Assembly (NCBI GenBank): GCA_934162205.1
Contig: CAKPIA010000006.1
Span: 11,882 to 75,881 of the forward strand
DNA from: an uncultured Clostridia bacterium
Lineage (GTDB): Bacteria; Bacillota; Clostridia; TANB77; CAG-508
Direction of reading: 5' to 3'
DNA length: 64,000 nucleotides
Position numbers and translations under genes: made by a program. How positions within the stretch are numbered: the first letter of the stretch is position 1; each line of letters starts with the position of its first letter. Below are positions 30,752 to 41,073 of this stretch, in pieces. The notes under the pieces were generated by a model. The model was not told the DNA's origin, ran no database searches, and worked only from the letters and a program-made list of their open reading frames with translations.

Positions 30752-31624
30752 ATGAAAATTTTAATAACAGGAGCAAATGGAATGTTAGCAAGAGAAGTAA
30801 AAGAAAAATTTTCAAAGGAAAATGAAATTATATTAACAGATGTAGCAGAATTAGATATAACTGATGAAACTGCAGTGTTAAAATTTATAAAAGAAGAAAA
30901 ACCAGGATGCATAATAAATTGTGCAGCATTTACTGCAGTAGATAAAGCAGAGGATTGTTATGAATTAGCTGATAAAATAAATGGTAATGGACCAACTAAT
31001 TTGGCAAAAGCAGCAAAAGCAGTAGATGCAAAATTAGTTCATATATCAACAGATTATGTATTTGGTGGAGATTTAGACTTATCTAAAGATTATAGCGAAG
31101 ATGATAAAAAAGAACCAGTAACAGTTTATGGTGTAACAAAATTACATGGAGAAGAAGGAATACAAGCTAATACAGATAAATATTATATATTTAGAACAGC
31201 TTGGTTATATGGAGTTGGAGGAAATAATTTTGTAAAAACAATGACAAAATTAGGTAAAGATAGAGATGAGATTAACGTAGTTTCTGATCAACATGGAAGT
31301 CCAACATATGCAAAAGATTTAACAGAAATTATATATCAAGCTATAGAAAAAGAAATACCATATGGAATATATAATGCAACTAATGAAGGCTATACAACAT
31401 GGTATGATTTTACAAAAGAAATATTAAAAGAACAAAATATTGAATGTAAAGTAAACCCTGTAACAACAGATGAGTACATAAAAATGATGGGAGTTACACA
31501 AGCTAAAAGACCATTTAATTCTCAAATGTCAAAAAATAAATTAAAAGAAAATGGTATAAATGTCCCAAGTTGGCAAGATGGTTTAAAAAGATATTTAGAA
31601 GAAGAAAAACAAGTAAATGGCTAA
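30752..31624 (+). CDS. rmlD: dTDP-4-dehydrorhamnose reductase
   Basis: MKILITGANGMLAREV start. About 290 aa, the standard RmlD layout. Start at the first in-frame ATG after the RBS. Confidence 0.85.
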   Translation: MKILITGANGMLAREVKEKFSKENEIILTDVAELDITDETAVLKFIKEEKPGCIINCAAFTAVDKAEDCYELADKINGNGPTNLAKAAKAVDAKLVHISTDYVFGGDLDLSKDYSEDDKKEPVTVYGVTKLHGEEGIQANTDKYYIFRTAWLYGVGGNNFVKTMTKLGKDRDEINVVSDQHGSPTYAKDLTEIIYQAIEKEIPYGIYNATNEGYTTWYDFTKEILKEQNIECKVNPVTTDEYIKMMGVTQAKRPFNSQMSKNKLKENGINVPSWQDGLKRYLEEEKQVNG

Positions 31625-31646
31625 AAAAAGAAAGGAATGAAGAAAT

Positions 31647-32570
31647 ATGAAAAATAGAAAAGGAATTATTTTAGCAGGAGGAAGTGCAACAAGATTATAT
31701 CCAATAACATGTGCTGTTTCAAAACAAATGTTACCAGTTTATGATAAACCAATGATATATTATCCATTATCAGCTTTGATGATGGCTGGAGTAAGAGAAG
31801 TTTTAATAATATCTACACCAATACATATCGATAGATTTAAAGAATTATTAGGTACAGGTGAAGATTTAGGAATGAAATTTGAATATAAAATTCAAGAAAA
31901 ACCTGTAGGATTAGCAGATGCATTTATATTAGGTGAAGATTTTATTGGTGATGATAATGTTGCATTAATACTTGGAGATAACCTTGTATATGGTTCTAGA
32001 ATTGAAGAAGTACTAAAAGCTGCAAGTAAAGCAGAGACAGGAGGACTTATATTTGGATATCAAGTTGCAGATCCAAGATCTTATGGTGTTGTAGAAATTG
32101 ATGAAAAGGGAAATGCTATATCAATTGAAGAAAAACCAGAAAATCCAAAATCTGACTTAGCCGTTCCAGGAATATATTTTTATGATAATAGAGTTATTGA
32201 AATTGCAAAAAATATTAAACCTTCAGAAAGAGGAGAATTGGAAATAACAGATGTTAATAAAGCATATATGGATATGGGAGAATTAAGAGTTATACCTTTA
32301 GGAAAGGGTTATGCATGGTTTGATACAGGAACACCAGATAGATTATCAGATGCTTCAGACTTTGTAAAAGCAATAGAATTAAGACAAGGAACACAAATTG
32401 CATGCTTAGAAGAATATGCATTTTACAATGAATGGATAGGTAAAGAAAAGGTTGAGAAAGCAATAGAAAAATATAAAAAAACAGAATATGGAAAATATTT
32501 AAGAAGAATGCTTGATAGAAGTGAAAAACCAAAATATACAGAAATATACAAAAGTGAATTGTTTCAATAA
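31647..32570 (+). CDS. rmlA: glucose-1-phosphate thymidylyltransferase
   Basis: GIILAGGSATRLYPIT nucleotide-binding motif. Confidence 0.9.
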   Translation: MKNRKGIILAGGSATRLYPITCAVSKQMLPVYDKPMIYYPLSALMMAGVREVLIISTPIHIDRFKELLGTGEDLGMKFEYKIQEKPVGLADAFILGEDFIGDDNVALILGDNLVYGSRIEEVLKAASKAETGGLIFGYQVADPRSYGVVEIDEKGNAISIEEKPENPKSDLAVPGIYFYDNRVIEIAKNIKPSERGELEITDVNKAYMDMGELRVIPLGKGYAWFDTGTPDRLSDASDFVKAIELRQGTQIACLEEYAFYNEWIGKEKVEKAIEKYKKTEYGKYLRRMLDRSEKPKYTEIYKSELFQ

Positions 32571-32587
32571 AATATAAGGAGGAACAA

Positions 32588-33154
32588 ATGGGAAAGTTCA
32601 AAAGAATTGATACAGATATAGAAGGATTATATGTTATAGAGCCAACAGTATTTGGAGATAACAGGGGTTACTTTATGGAAACATATAGTAAAGAAGATTT
32701 TAAAGAAATTGGAATAGATTATGAGTTTGTTCAAGACAATCAATCAAAATCAAAAAAAGGTGTTTTAAGAGGATTGCATTTTCAAAAAGAAAATACTCAA
32801 GGAAAATTAGTAAGAGTTATAAAGGGAGCAGTTTTTGATGTTGTTGTTGATTTAAGAAGAGAGAGTCAAACTTATGGAAAATGGTATGGAGTAGAATTAA
32901 CAGAAGAAAATAAAAAAATGTTCTTTATACCACCATATTTTGCTCATGGATTTTTAGTATTATCAGATGAAGCTGAATTTACTTATAAATGTACAGATAT
33001 ATATAATCCAGCATCAGAATCTGGGATTATGTATAATGACCCAGATGTTGGAATTAAATGGCCAGAAGTTGATGCTGAAATATTAACATCAGAAAAAGAT
33101 GCTAAATGGCAATCATTAAAAGAGTTTACAGAAAGTGACGTATGGAAAAAATAA
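32588..33154 (+). CDS. rmlC: dTDP-4-dehydrorhamnose 3,5-epimerase
   Basis: 188-aa cupin with the RmlC core (RGLHFQ ... FIPPYFAHGF). Confidence 0.9.
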   Translation: MGKFKRIDTDIEGLYVIEPTVFGDNRGYFMETYSKEDFKEIGIDYEFVQDNQSKSKKGVLRGLHFQKENTQGKLVRVIKGAVFDVVVDLRRESQTYGKWYGVELTEENKKMFFIPPYFAHGFLVLSDEAEFTYKCTDIYNPASESGIMYNDPDVGIKWPEVDAEILTSEKDAKWQSLKEFTESDVWKK

Positions 33155-33191
33155 GCATATATTCAAAAGAAGATTAAAGGAGAATTTTTAA

Positions 33192-34979
33192 ATGGAAGAA
33201 GAAAAAAGTAATAATAAAGGTAAAATTATAGGAATAGTTATAATAGCATTAATTGCAATAGTTGCATTTTGTTGTGGATACTACTACTATAAGTCAAATG
33301 ATTCAAAAACTGTGTTTGTAAGTGCAATAAATAAAGGAATAGATAAATATGAAGAAAACATTTCTAAAACATGTAAAACACAAGATGTTACATTAAAATT
33401 AAGTGGAAATATTAATTCAGATAATGATGATGCGAAGAAGGTGGCAGAATATATAAATAAATCAGCTTTACAGTTAAATACGCAAATAGATTATGAAAAT
33501 AAAAATGCTTTAATAAAATTAGGTGTTGATTATGATAATGACAAATTAATAGGTGGAAGAGTGTATTATAATTCAAATGACAAGATGGCTTATGGATATA
33601 TTGAAGAATTATTTGATAAGTATTTTAAAATGGATTTAAGTTCATCTGATTATAACGAAATGAATGAGACATTTAATGATATATTTGAAACACAAAGTGA
33701 AATGAAATTAGGAGAGAAAGTATCTTTAAAAAAAGCTGTTAAAATATTAAAAGAAGAAATATCAGATAAACTTAACAAAGAATATTTTTCAAAGGAAAAT
33801 TGTAAAATTAATGTAGCTTCTAAAGAAGTAAAGGCTACAAAATTTAAATTAATTTTAACAGAAAAACAATTTGTGGAAATGCTTCAATCAATATGTAAAG
33901 AATTATCAGAAAATGATGATTTCTTAGAATGTTGGGAAGAAAAGGACAAAATAAAAGATGCTTTAGTACAAATGTCAAATCAATTGAATGAAACAGAAAA
34001 AAATGATGAAGTAAAAATTGAATTTAATATTTACAAAAAAGGTATATTAAATAAATTTGTTAAATTTGAAATTAATATGTATGAAGTAAATAATGAAGAT
34101 GAAAAAATTAGTTTTGACGTTGTAAAAGAAAACGATAAAAAATACTTATTTAATGCTAAATCAGAAATAGAAAAAGAAAATGTAGAATTTTCAGGAGATA
34201 TTAATATAGAAAAAATAGATTCTGATACATATAAATATGTTGTTGGATCAAACATACCTGAATTTGGAAACATTACTTTAAATATAGAAGTATCTAATAA
34301 ATTAAATGGAACAATTGAAAATGTAAATAAATCAGATGCTGTTTCATTAGAAGATTTAACAGAAGAGGAACAAGAAACAATATATAATAACTTACAGAGA
34401 ATGAAACTTTATGAGGTATTACAAAATATTTATAAAAATAATCCAATTGAAGATGTAAATACTGGTACAGATAACGACATTAATACAAATAAAGGCGAGA
34501 ATGAAATAACAACAACTACTAATACATCTAATCAAAGCATAAAAGATTATTCAGGAAAAATAGTAGTATCATATGGAGTTCCAGCAAATTTTGTTTTAGG
34601 AAATTATAGTGAGGATACATATAAAATATACAGAAATGAAAATAGTGACGTTAAGGTAACTGTAACTATGCAAAATAAAACTTTAGATGAATTTTCTAAA
34701 GAAATAGACAAAAATAAAGAATATTTTGAAGAAACAAAAGATTATACAGATGTAAAGGCTACAGATTTAGAAACTAAGAAAGTTAATAATAAAGATTTTA
34801 AAATAAGAACACTTTCTTATACTTATAAAAGTTCTATATCAAGTGAGTATGATATAAAATATAAAACTATGTACATTTATTATGATATAGATGGTGAGAA
34901 TTCATATAATGTAGAAATAGAAAATGCAGACAATATTACAGAAAACGAAATAAATCAATTTTTAAATATTACAAAATAG
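33192..34979 (+). CDS. hypothetical membrane-anchored protein (595 aa) inserted in the rml operon
   Basis: N-terminal TM IIGIVIIALIAIVAFCCGYYYY, then a long polar ectodomain with no motif I recognise. Gaps to flanking rml genes are under 40 nt, so it is co-transcribed. Confidence 0.65.
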   Translation: MEEEKSNNKGKIIGIVIIALIAIVAFCCGYYYYKSNDSKTVFVSAINKGIDKYEENISKTCKTQDVTLKLSGNINSDNDDAKKVAEYINKSALQLNTQIDYENKNALIKLGVDYDNDKLIGGRVYYNSNDKMAYGYIEELFDKYFKMDLSSSDYNEMNETFNDIFETQSEMKLGEKVSLKKAVKILKEEISDKLNKEYFSKENCKINVASKEVKATKFKLILTEKQFVEMLQSICKELSENDDFLECWEEKDKIKDALVQMSNQLNETEKNDEVKIEFNIYKKGILNKFVKFEINMYEVNNEDEKISFDVVKENDKKYLFNAKSEIEKENVEFSGDINIEKIDSDTYKYVVGSNIPEFGNITLNIEVSNKLNGTIENVNKSDAVSLEDLTEEEQETIYNNLQRMKLYEVLQNIYKNNPIEDVNTGTDNDINTNKGENEITTTTNTSNQSIKDYSGKIVVSYGVPANFVLGNYSEDTYKIYRNENSDVKVTVTMQNKTLDEFSKEIDKNKEYFEETKDYTDVKATDLETKKVNNKDFKIRTLSYTYKSSISSEYDIKYKTMYIYYDIDGENSYNVEIENADNITENEINQFLNITK

Positions 34980-34994
34980 GAAAGGAAGTTAAAA

Positions 34995-35960
34995 ATGAAA
35001 AATATATTAGTAACAGGTGCAGCTGGATTTATTGGAGCAAATTTTGCAGAATATTTTGTAAATAAATATCCAGATTATAATATAATTGTTTTAGATAAAC
35101 TTACATATGCAGGAAACATTCATAATTTAGATAATGTAAAAGATAAAATAACTTTTGTACAAGGAGATATATGCGATTTTGACTTTGTATCAGAAGTATT
35201 CAAAAAATACGAGATAAATGGAGTAATTCATTTTGCAGCAGAATCACATGTAGATAATAGTATAAAAACACCATTTGTATTTACACAAACAAATGTAATT
35301 GGAACACATACACTTTTAGAAGCAGCTAAAAGAGCATGGGGAGAAGGTAGTGAAAATAAATTTGTACATATATCAACAGACGAAGTTTATGGTTCTTTAG
35401 GAGAAGATGGATATTTTACAGAAAAATCACCAATTAAACCAAGTAGTCCATATTCATCATCAAAAGCAAGTTCAGATTTAATTGCTTTTGCATATAAAGA
35501 AACATACAAAATGAATATTAATGTAACAAATTGTTCAAATAATTATGGACCATACCAACATAATGAAAAATTAATTCCACATATGATTAAATTAGCTTTA
35601 AATAACGAAAAATTACCAGTGTATGGAACTGGAAAAAATATAAGAGATTGGCTATATGTAGAAGATCATTGTGAAGCTATAGATTTAGTATTCCATAAAG
35701 GTGTATCTGGTGAAAGATATAATATTGGTGGACACAATGAAAAAAGAAATATTGATATTGTTAAATTAATATTAAAAAGATTAGGTAAATCAGAAGATTT
35801 AATAGAATATGTAGAAGATAGAAAGGGACACGACTATAGATATGCAATAGATCCTACTAAAATAACAAATGAGTTAGGATGGTTCCCAAAAACTAAATTC
35901 GAAGATGGAATAGTAAAAACTATAGATTGGTATTTAGCTAATCCAGATTGGTTAAAATAA
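34995..35960 (+). CDS. rmlB: dTDP-glucose 4,6-dehydratase
   Basis: MKNILVTGAAGFIGANF start. TYAGN motif. YxxxK. Confidence 0.9.
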   Translation: MKNILVTGAAGFIGANFAEYFVNKYPDYNIIVLDKLTYAGNIHNLDNVKDKITFVQGDICDFDFVSEVFKKYEINGVIHFAAESHVDNSIKTPFVFTQTNVIGTHTLLEAAKRAWGEGSENKFVHISTDEVYGSLGEDGYFTEKSPIKPSSPYSSSKASSDLIAFAYKETYKMNINVTNCSNNYGPYQHNEKLIPHMIKLALNNEKLPVYGTGKNIRDWLYVEDHCEAIDLVFHKGVSGERYNIGGHNEKRNIDIVKLILKRLGKSEDLIEYVEDRKGHDYRYAIDPTKITNELGWFPKTKFEDGIVKTIDWYLANPDWLK

Positions 35961-35966
35961 AAAGTA

Positions 35967-36000
35967 AAAGCAAATTAGAAAAATCTAATTTGCTTTATTT
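35967..36000. terminator. bidirectional rho-independent terminator between convergent genes (12-bp stem AAAGCAAATTAG/CTAATTTGCTTT)
   Basis: Perfect hairpin flanked by A-rich and T-rich runs on both sides. Confidence 0.7.
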
Positions 36001-36017
36001 GTATATAATTTTATTTT

Positions 36018-37934
36018 TTATAAATTTTCATTTGGTCCAACCATAAACCATGGCCAATAATTTTCATATCCTTGAAATTGGTAAACTTCTGGAAGTTCAT
36101 CATATGTTTTAAAGAAATAATTATATGATGTACTTTTTTTAGTACGATCTGCTGAATGTCTATCTAATGAAGCATCAAAAATATATTCTGTACCATTAAT
36201 ATTTATTACTGTCCAAGTATGTGCTGTATAACCTCCACCAGAAGCTCTAGTTTGACCAGTAGGACAATATGCATTTAATCCCATAACTCTACATATTCCA
36301 GTAAATGTACCTGCATAGTTTTTGCAATTATAACCATCTTTATGATACATATGTTGAACTAAATATTTATACATTGTTTTTACTTTAGTGTATGTAGACA
36401 TATTTGAGTTTGTATTTTTATTAATAAGTTTCTTATAATAATTATAATAATTTACAAGTGAAGAATTTTTAAAATCTTTATCTGGAGATAATGTGGTTTT
36501 GTTTAATTGTTGTTGTCTGTTTCCAGTTATAGCTGATTTTATTTCAGAATATTGTCCATGTAATTCTTTTCCGCTTCTATTTTTGTATGTTCTAATACGA
36601 TAAAAATATACTTTACCTTGACTTAACTTATAATCTTTGTAACTTGTTTTTTTAGAAGAAACAGTTGCAATTTTTGAGTACTTTCCATTTTGTGATGTTG
36701 CTCTATATATTTTATAACCTTTTATTTCATTTACTTTTTTCCATTTTAATTTAATATAATTACCAGTATAAGTTACATTTTTTAGATTTGTTTGAGCTAA
36801 TGCTTCTTTTGCTTTTATATCAGTAAAATTACCATAAACTCTTCCAACTGACGTATCTGAATAAGCTCTAATTTTATAATAATATTTAGTAAAGTTTTTA
36901 ATTTTTTTATCAGTGTATTTGCAATTATTTTGACCTTTTATAGTTTTAATTCTAACATATTTTCCATTTTTGTTTGTTGATCTAAATATTTGATATGCAG
37001 TAGCACCATTTACTTTGTCCCAACTTAAATAAGTTCTATCATTTCCACTTGATAAATTATAATTTACGCCTTGAACAAATATTATACTAGAAATAGAAGA
37101 GTAATTACTGTATATTTTTGTTCCATTTACATATTTATAAGAACGAACTTTATAATAATATGTTTTTCCACTAGTAGCAGGTGTTATATCTATATAAGAC
37201 AAATCTTTTTTTGAATGATATGCTATGACTTTTTCTTGTTTATTTGTTGAAGTATATCTACAAATTTCATATCCATCTACTTCTAAAGATATTTTTTTCC
37301 AAGATATTTTTATTCCATTTGTTTTTAGCGTTGTAGATATTTTTGTTACTTTGGGTAAAATAACATTGTATGATATACTTTTATATCCATAAAATTCAGA
37401 ATTAGGAGCTCCTTCAAGAGAAATGTATGCTGTTCCTACTGGAGTACCAGATGAATAAGATGGATAATTAATTATATAATCTTTTCCTTCTTTTAATGTT
37501 TTTCCTTTATATGTTACTTTAAAGTTTTTAGGTTTAATTTCTTTACCAGTATATTCTTGATCGGGTATAGCTGAAACATTTACATTATAAAGATTATATT
37601 TACAAATTACATAATATACATATTTTGTTCCTGTGTAATTTCCTTTTCCTTTTATAGTTATTTTTTTTGAAGTACCAATATTAATATTGTCTTCGTATGT
37701 AACAGTATAGTCTTTTCCTAATTTTAGTTTTCTATATGGGTTATTTCTTATTAGTTCAACTTTTGGTTTTATTTCTTTTCCTGTATACTCAAAAATGTTT
37801 TTTTCAATAAATGCATAATAATTAGAAGAAGTAATATTTTCTTTATTGCTAGCATTTGATGGAATAGCCAAAGCCATAAGTAAAATTCCAAAAGCTAAAA
37901 TAATAGAAATAAACAATTTTTTACTAACTTTCAT
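36018..37934 (-). CDS. secreted multi-domain protein: Ig-like repeats, three Fn3-like domains and a C-terminal transglutaminase-like cysteine-peptidase domain
   Basis: Signal peptide. Repeated YTGKEIKPK...GKDYT(V/I) units. Fn3-like segments (ISWKK..GYEICRY, LSWDKVNGATAYQIFRS, LKWKKVNEIKGYKIYRA). C-terminal Cys/His/Asp triad layout (NCKNYAG ... YTAHTW ... IFDAS). Strong AAGGGGGA RBS. Confidence 0.75.
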   Translation of the reverse strand: MKVSKKLFISIILAFGILLMALAIPSNASNKENITSSNYYAFIEKNIFEYTGKEIKPKVELIRNNPYRKLKLGKDYTVTYEDNINIGTSKKITIKGKGNYTGTKYVYYVICKYNLYNVNVSAIPDQEYTGKEIKPKNFKVTYKGKTLKEGKDYIINYPSYSSGTPVGTAYISLEGAPNSEFYGYKSISYNVILPKVTKISTTLKTNGIKISWKKISLEVDGYEICRYTSTNKQEKVIAYHSKKDLSYIDITPATSGKTYYYKVRSYKYVNGTKIYSNYSSISSIIFVQGVNYNLSSGNDRTYLSWDKVNGATAYQIFRSTNKNGKYVRIKTIKGQNNCKYTDKKIKNFTKYYYKIRAYSDTSVGRVYGNFTDIKAKEALAQTNLKNVTYTGNYIKLKWKKVNEIKGYKIYRATSQNGKYSKIATVSSKKTSYKDYKLSQGKVYFYRIRTYKNRSGKELHGQYSEIKSAITGNRQQQLNKTTLSPDKDFKNSSLVNYYNYYKKLINKNTNSNMSTYTKVKTMYKYLVQHMYHKDGYNCKNYAGTFTGICRVMGLNAYCPTGQTRASGGGYTAHTWTVININGTEYIFDASLDRHSADRTKKSTSYNYFFKTYDELPEVYQFQGYENYWPWFMVGPNENL

Positions 37935-38070
37935 TTTAAATCCCCCTTTATTTAATATAAAACAATTTTAAAACATTATTAAATTTTTTTCAATATATTG
38001 GTAAAATATAAGACGAATTTGTTGCTTTTTTTATTAAAAATATAATATAATATTGCTAGAGGGGAAAATT

Positions 38071-38829
38071 ATGCCAAAATTTTTTGTAGAAAATAGTCAA
38101 ATTAATGAAAATAATATAGAAATTATAAATGATGATGTTAAACATATAAAAAAAGTATTAAGGAAAAATATAGGCGATACATTAGAAATCTGTAATAAAA
38201 ATACAGGTGATAATTTTTTGTGTAAAATAGAGGAATTTAATAATGAAAAAATTATTTGTAATATAGATAAAATAATTGAAAATAAAGCAGAAAATAACAT
38301 ATATATTAATATATTTCAAGGATTGCCTAAACTAGATAAAATGGAATATATAATTCAAAAATCTGTAGAGTTAGGAGTGTCAGAAATAACACCACTAAAT
38401 ATGAAAAGATGTGTTGTTAAAATAGATGCTAAAGACGAAAACAAAAAAATTCAAAGATGGAATAAAATATCAGAAGTTGCAGCAAAACAATGTGGAAGAA
38501 ATATAATACCTAAAGTTAATAATATTGCAAAAATTAAAGAAATTAAGAATTTGTGTAACGATTATGATATAATATTAGTTGCATATGAAGAAGAAAAAGA
38601 AAATAAACTAAAAAAAGTGCTACAAGAATTAAAAAATATTTATAATAAAGATGAAGTTCTAAAAATTGCAATAGTAATTGGTTCCGAAGGTGGAATTGAT
38701 AAAGAAGAAGTAGAAGAATTAAAAAATATAAATAATGCAAAAGTAATAACTCTTGGTGATAGAATATTAAGAACAGAAACTGTTGCTTTGAATATTATAA
38801 GTATTATAATGTATGAGTTTGAAGGATAA
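38071..38829 (+). CDS. rsmE: 16S rRNA (uracil1498-N3)-methyltransferase
   Basis: MPKFFVE start, PUA-like N-terminus. C-terminal SPOUT domain (IAIVIGSEGGIDKEEVE ... LGDRILRTETVAL). Start placed at the ATG 6 nt after AGAGGGG. Confidence 0.85.
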   Translation: MPKFFVENSQINENNIEIINDDVKHIKKVLRKNIGDTLEICNKNTGDNFLCKIEEFNNEKIICNIDKIIENKAENNIYINIFQGLPKLDKMEYIIQKSVELGVSEITPLNMKRCVVKIDAKDENKKIQRWNKISEVAAKQCGRNIIPKVNNIAKIKEIKNLCNDYDIILVAYEEEKENKLKKVLQELKNIYNKDEVLKIAIVIGSEGGIDKEEVEELKNINNAKVITLGDRILRTETVALNIISIIMYEFEG

Positions 38830-39677
38830 TGGAGGAAAATATGAACGAAAATATTAAAGAAGAAAAAAATAAATTATACAAAAAATTGTTTAAAAACATA
38901 ATGATAGCAATAATTATATCTATATATTTTATTTTTCTTAATTTGGGAAATATAAATATAGATGCCAATATATTTTTAACAGACATAAAAGTTTTTTCTA
39001 TAATAATTTTAGGAATATCAATAATAATTTTTGAAAAAGCTTATAAAAATGATAGTGGAGAATTAACTATTAATGCTATTGAAATATTAGTATTGGCATG
39101 TCATACTCTATCATTAATATATGTTACAAATATTTTTAAATTTGATTTTAAATATTATGTTTTAACATCTTCTTATATTTTTTCTATTTATTATACTTTT
39201 AAAGATATAATAATTTATACACGAGAAAATAGAAAATATTTAAAACAATTAAGTGATATATCAGATATAGTGAAAAAAGAAAAGCCTTCAAAAAAGAAAG
39301 CTACAAAGAAGAGTAGTAATATAGAAGATACAACAAGTGTAGAAAGCAAAAATGAAGTTAAAGTAATGGATGATAATATAAAAAAAGAAAAAATAGATGA
39401 AGAAGAATTTGCTAAAGAAATAGTAGAAGAAACAACAATTCCAAAAAAAGAAACAAAGAAATCTACATCAAAAAAATCAACTACTAAAAAAAGCACAACA
39501 AAATGTAAAACAACTAAAAATACAACTACAACAAAAACTACAAAAACAACAACTAAAGCAACTGCAAATAGCAAAAAGAAAAGTGAAAAGCAAAATGATG
39601 AAAAATTAGAAAAAAGTGTTGAAGAAGAAAACAAATCAAAAAGAAGAGGAAGACCAAAAAAGAAGGTGGAAGAATAA
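38829..39677 (+). CDS. polytopic membrane protein with K/T-rich low-complexity tail ending in an AT-hook motif
   Basis: About 4 TM helices in the first ~130 aa, then a K/T/E-rich region and C-terminal KSKRRGRPKKKVEE (RGRP AT-hook core). An alternative start at 38841 has a better RBS. Confidence 0.6.
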   Translation: MEENMNENIKEEKNKLYKKLFKNIMIAIIISIYFIFLNLGNINIDANIFLTDIKVFSIIILGISIIIFEKAYKNDSGELTINAIEILVLACHTLSLIYVTNIFKFDFKYYVLTSSYIFSIYYTFKDIIIYTRENRKYLKQLSDISDIVKKEKPSKKKATKKSSNIEDTTSVESKNEVKVMDDNIKKEKIDEEEFAKEIVEETTIPKKETKKSTSKKSTTKKSTTKCKTTKNTTTTKTTKTTTKATANSKKKSEKQNDEKLEKSVEEENKSKRRGRPKKKVEE

Positions 39678-40553
39678 ATGATAAAAAGTATGACAGGATT
39701 TGGAAGAGCCAAACTAGTAAAAGATTTAAGAGAATATCAAGTAGAAATGAAATCTGTAAATCATAAATATTCAGATATAAATGTAAAATTACCAAGAAGT
39801 ATTAGTTATTTAGAAGAAGACATTAGAAAGATAGTTTTATCAAAAATTAAAAGAGGAAAAGTAGAAGTTTTTATAACTTTTGATAATTATAGTGATGAAG
39901 GCAAAAATATAATAATTAACAAAGAAATAGCAAAGGTTTATATAAATAATTTAAAAGAATTAGCTGATGAAGAAAATATATCTTCAAATATAGAAGTTAC
40001 AGAAATTTCAAAACTTCCAGATGTTCTTACAATAAAAAATGTTGAAAACGAAGAAAAAATAAAAGAAGAAATTGTACAAGCTGTAACAGAGGCAACAGAA
40101 AAATTAGTAAATATGAGAAAAATAGAAGGAGAAAAAATTGCAACTGATTTACTAAATAGAATAAACAACATAGATGTAATTGTAAAAGAAATTTCTCAAC
40201 TTTCTACTGGACTTATTGAAGAATATGTAGTAAAATTAGAGAATAGAATAAAAGAAATTTTAAAAACTGAGCAAGTTGATAAAACAAGGCTAGCACAAGA
40301 AGTTGTAATTTATTCAGATAAATGTTCAATAGAAGAAGAACTAACAAGATTAAATAGTCATATTGCTCAATTTAAAGATTTATTAAATTCAGAAGATGCA
40401 ATAGGAAAAAAATTAGACTTTTTAATACAAGAAATGAACAGAGAAACAAATACAATAGGTTCAAAATCAGTAAACTTAGAAATTACAAATAAAGTAATAG
40501 ACATAAAAACAATTTTAGAAGATATAAGAGAACAAATTCAAAATATTGAGTAG
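39678..40553 (+). CDS. yicC: YicC-family stress-induced protein (YloC-like)
   Basis: [12 protein letters not shown]-terminus characteristic of YicC/UPF0701. 291 aa. Confidence 0.85.
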   Translation: MIKSMTGFGRAKLVKDLREYQVEMKSVNHKYSDINVKLPRSISYLEEDIRKIVLSKIKRGKVEVFITFDNYSDEGKNIIINKEIAKVYINNLKELADEENISSNIEVTEISKLPDVLTIKNVENEEKIKEEIVQAVTEATEKLVNMRKIEGEKIATDLLNRINNIDVIVKEISQLSTGLIEEYVVKLENRIKEILKTEQVDKTRLAQEVVIYSDKCSIEEELTRLNSHIAQFKDLLNSEDAIGKKLDFLIQEMNRETNTIGSKSVNLEITNKVIDIKTILEDIREQIQNIE

Positions 40554-40566
40554 AAAGGGTGATTTT

Positions 40567-40821
40567 ATGCAATTAGTAAATATAGGATTTGGAAATATAG
40601 TTTCTGCAAATAGAATAGTTGCAATAGTAAGTCCAGAATCAGCACCGATAAAAAGAATGGTGCAAGAGGCAAAAGATAATAAAACAGCAGTAGATGCTAC
40701 ATATGGTAGAAGAACAAGAGCAGTTTTAATTATGGATTCAGGACATATTATTTTATCAGCAGTTCAACCAGAAACAGTTGCAGGAAGATTAGATAAAGAT
40801 ATATCTCAAGAAGAAAATTAA
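40567..40821 (+). CDS. remA: RemA/YlzA family (DUF370) biofilm regulator
   Basis: [37 protein letters not shown] is near-identical in layout to Bacillus RemA. Follows yicC as in Bacillus. Confidence 0.8.
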   Translation: MQLVNIGFGNIVSANRIVAIVSPESAPIKRMVQEAKDNKTAVDATYGRRTRAVLIMDSGHIILSAVQPETVAGRLDKDISQEEN

Positions 40822-40836
40822 AGGAGGCGAATTATT

Positions 40837-41070
40837 ATGATGGTAAAACCAACAGTTGCAGAATTATTAAAAAAATCTACTAATAGATATGAATTAGTAA
40901 TAGCTACTTCAAAAAGAGCAAGACAAATTGCAGATGGTGATGCACCAAAAACAGATGTTAAAGAAGAATCACCTGTAACATTAGCTGCAAATGAAATAGC
41001 AGAGGGAAAAGTTACAATTATAAAAGGTGAAGACCCAAATAGTGAAGAAGAAAATGAAGAAGAGGAATAA
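40837..41070 (+). CDS. rpoZ: DNA-directed RNA polymerase subunit omega
   Basis: LLKKSTNRYELVIATSKRARQI matches the omega core (..KY.LV...S.RAR..). 77 aa with acidic tail. Confidence 0.8.
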   Translation: MMVKPTVAELLKKSTNRYELVIATSKRARQIADGDAPKTDVKEESPVTLAANEIAEGKVTIIKGEDPNSEEENEEEE

Positions 41071-41073
41071 AAA

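Noticed and set aside
39215-39795. 165-aa and 80-aa antisense ORFs overlapping the K/T-rich tail of the AT-hook membrane protein
   Set aside because: They are low-complexity reverse-complement shadows (poly-F/L/V from poly-K/T codons). The sense ORF has the RBS and is translationally coupled to its neighbours.
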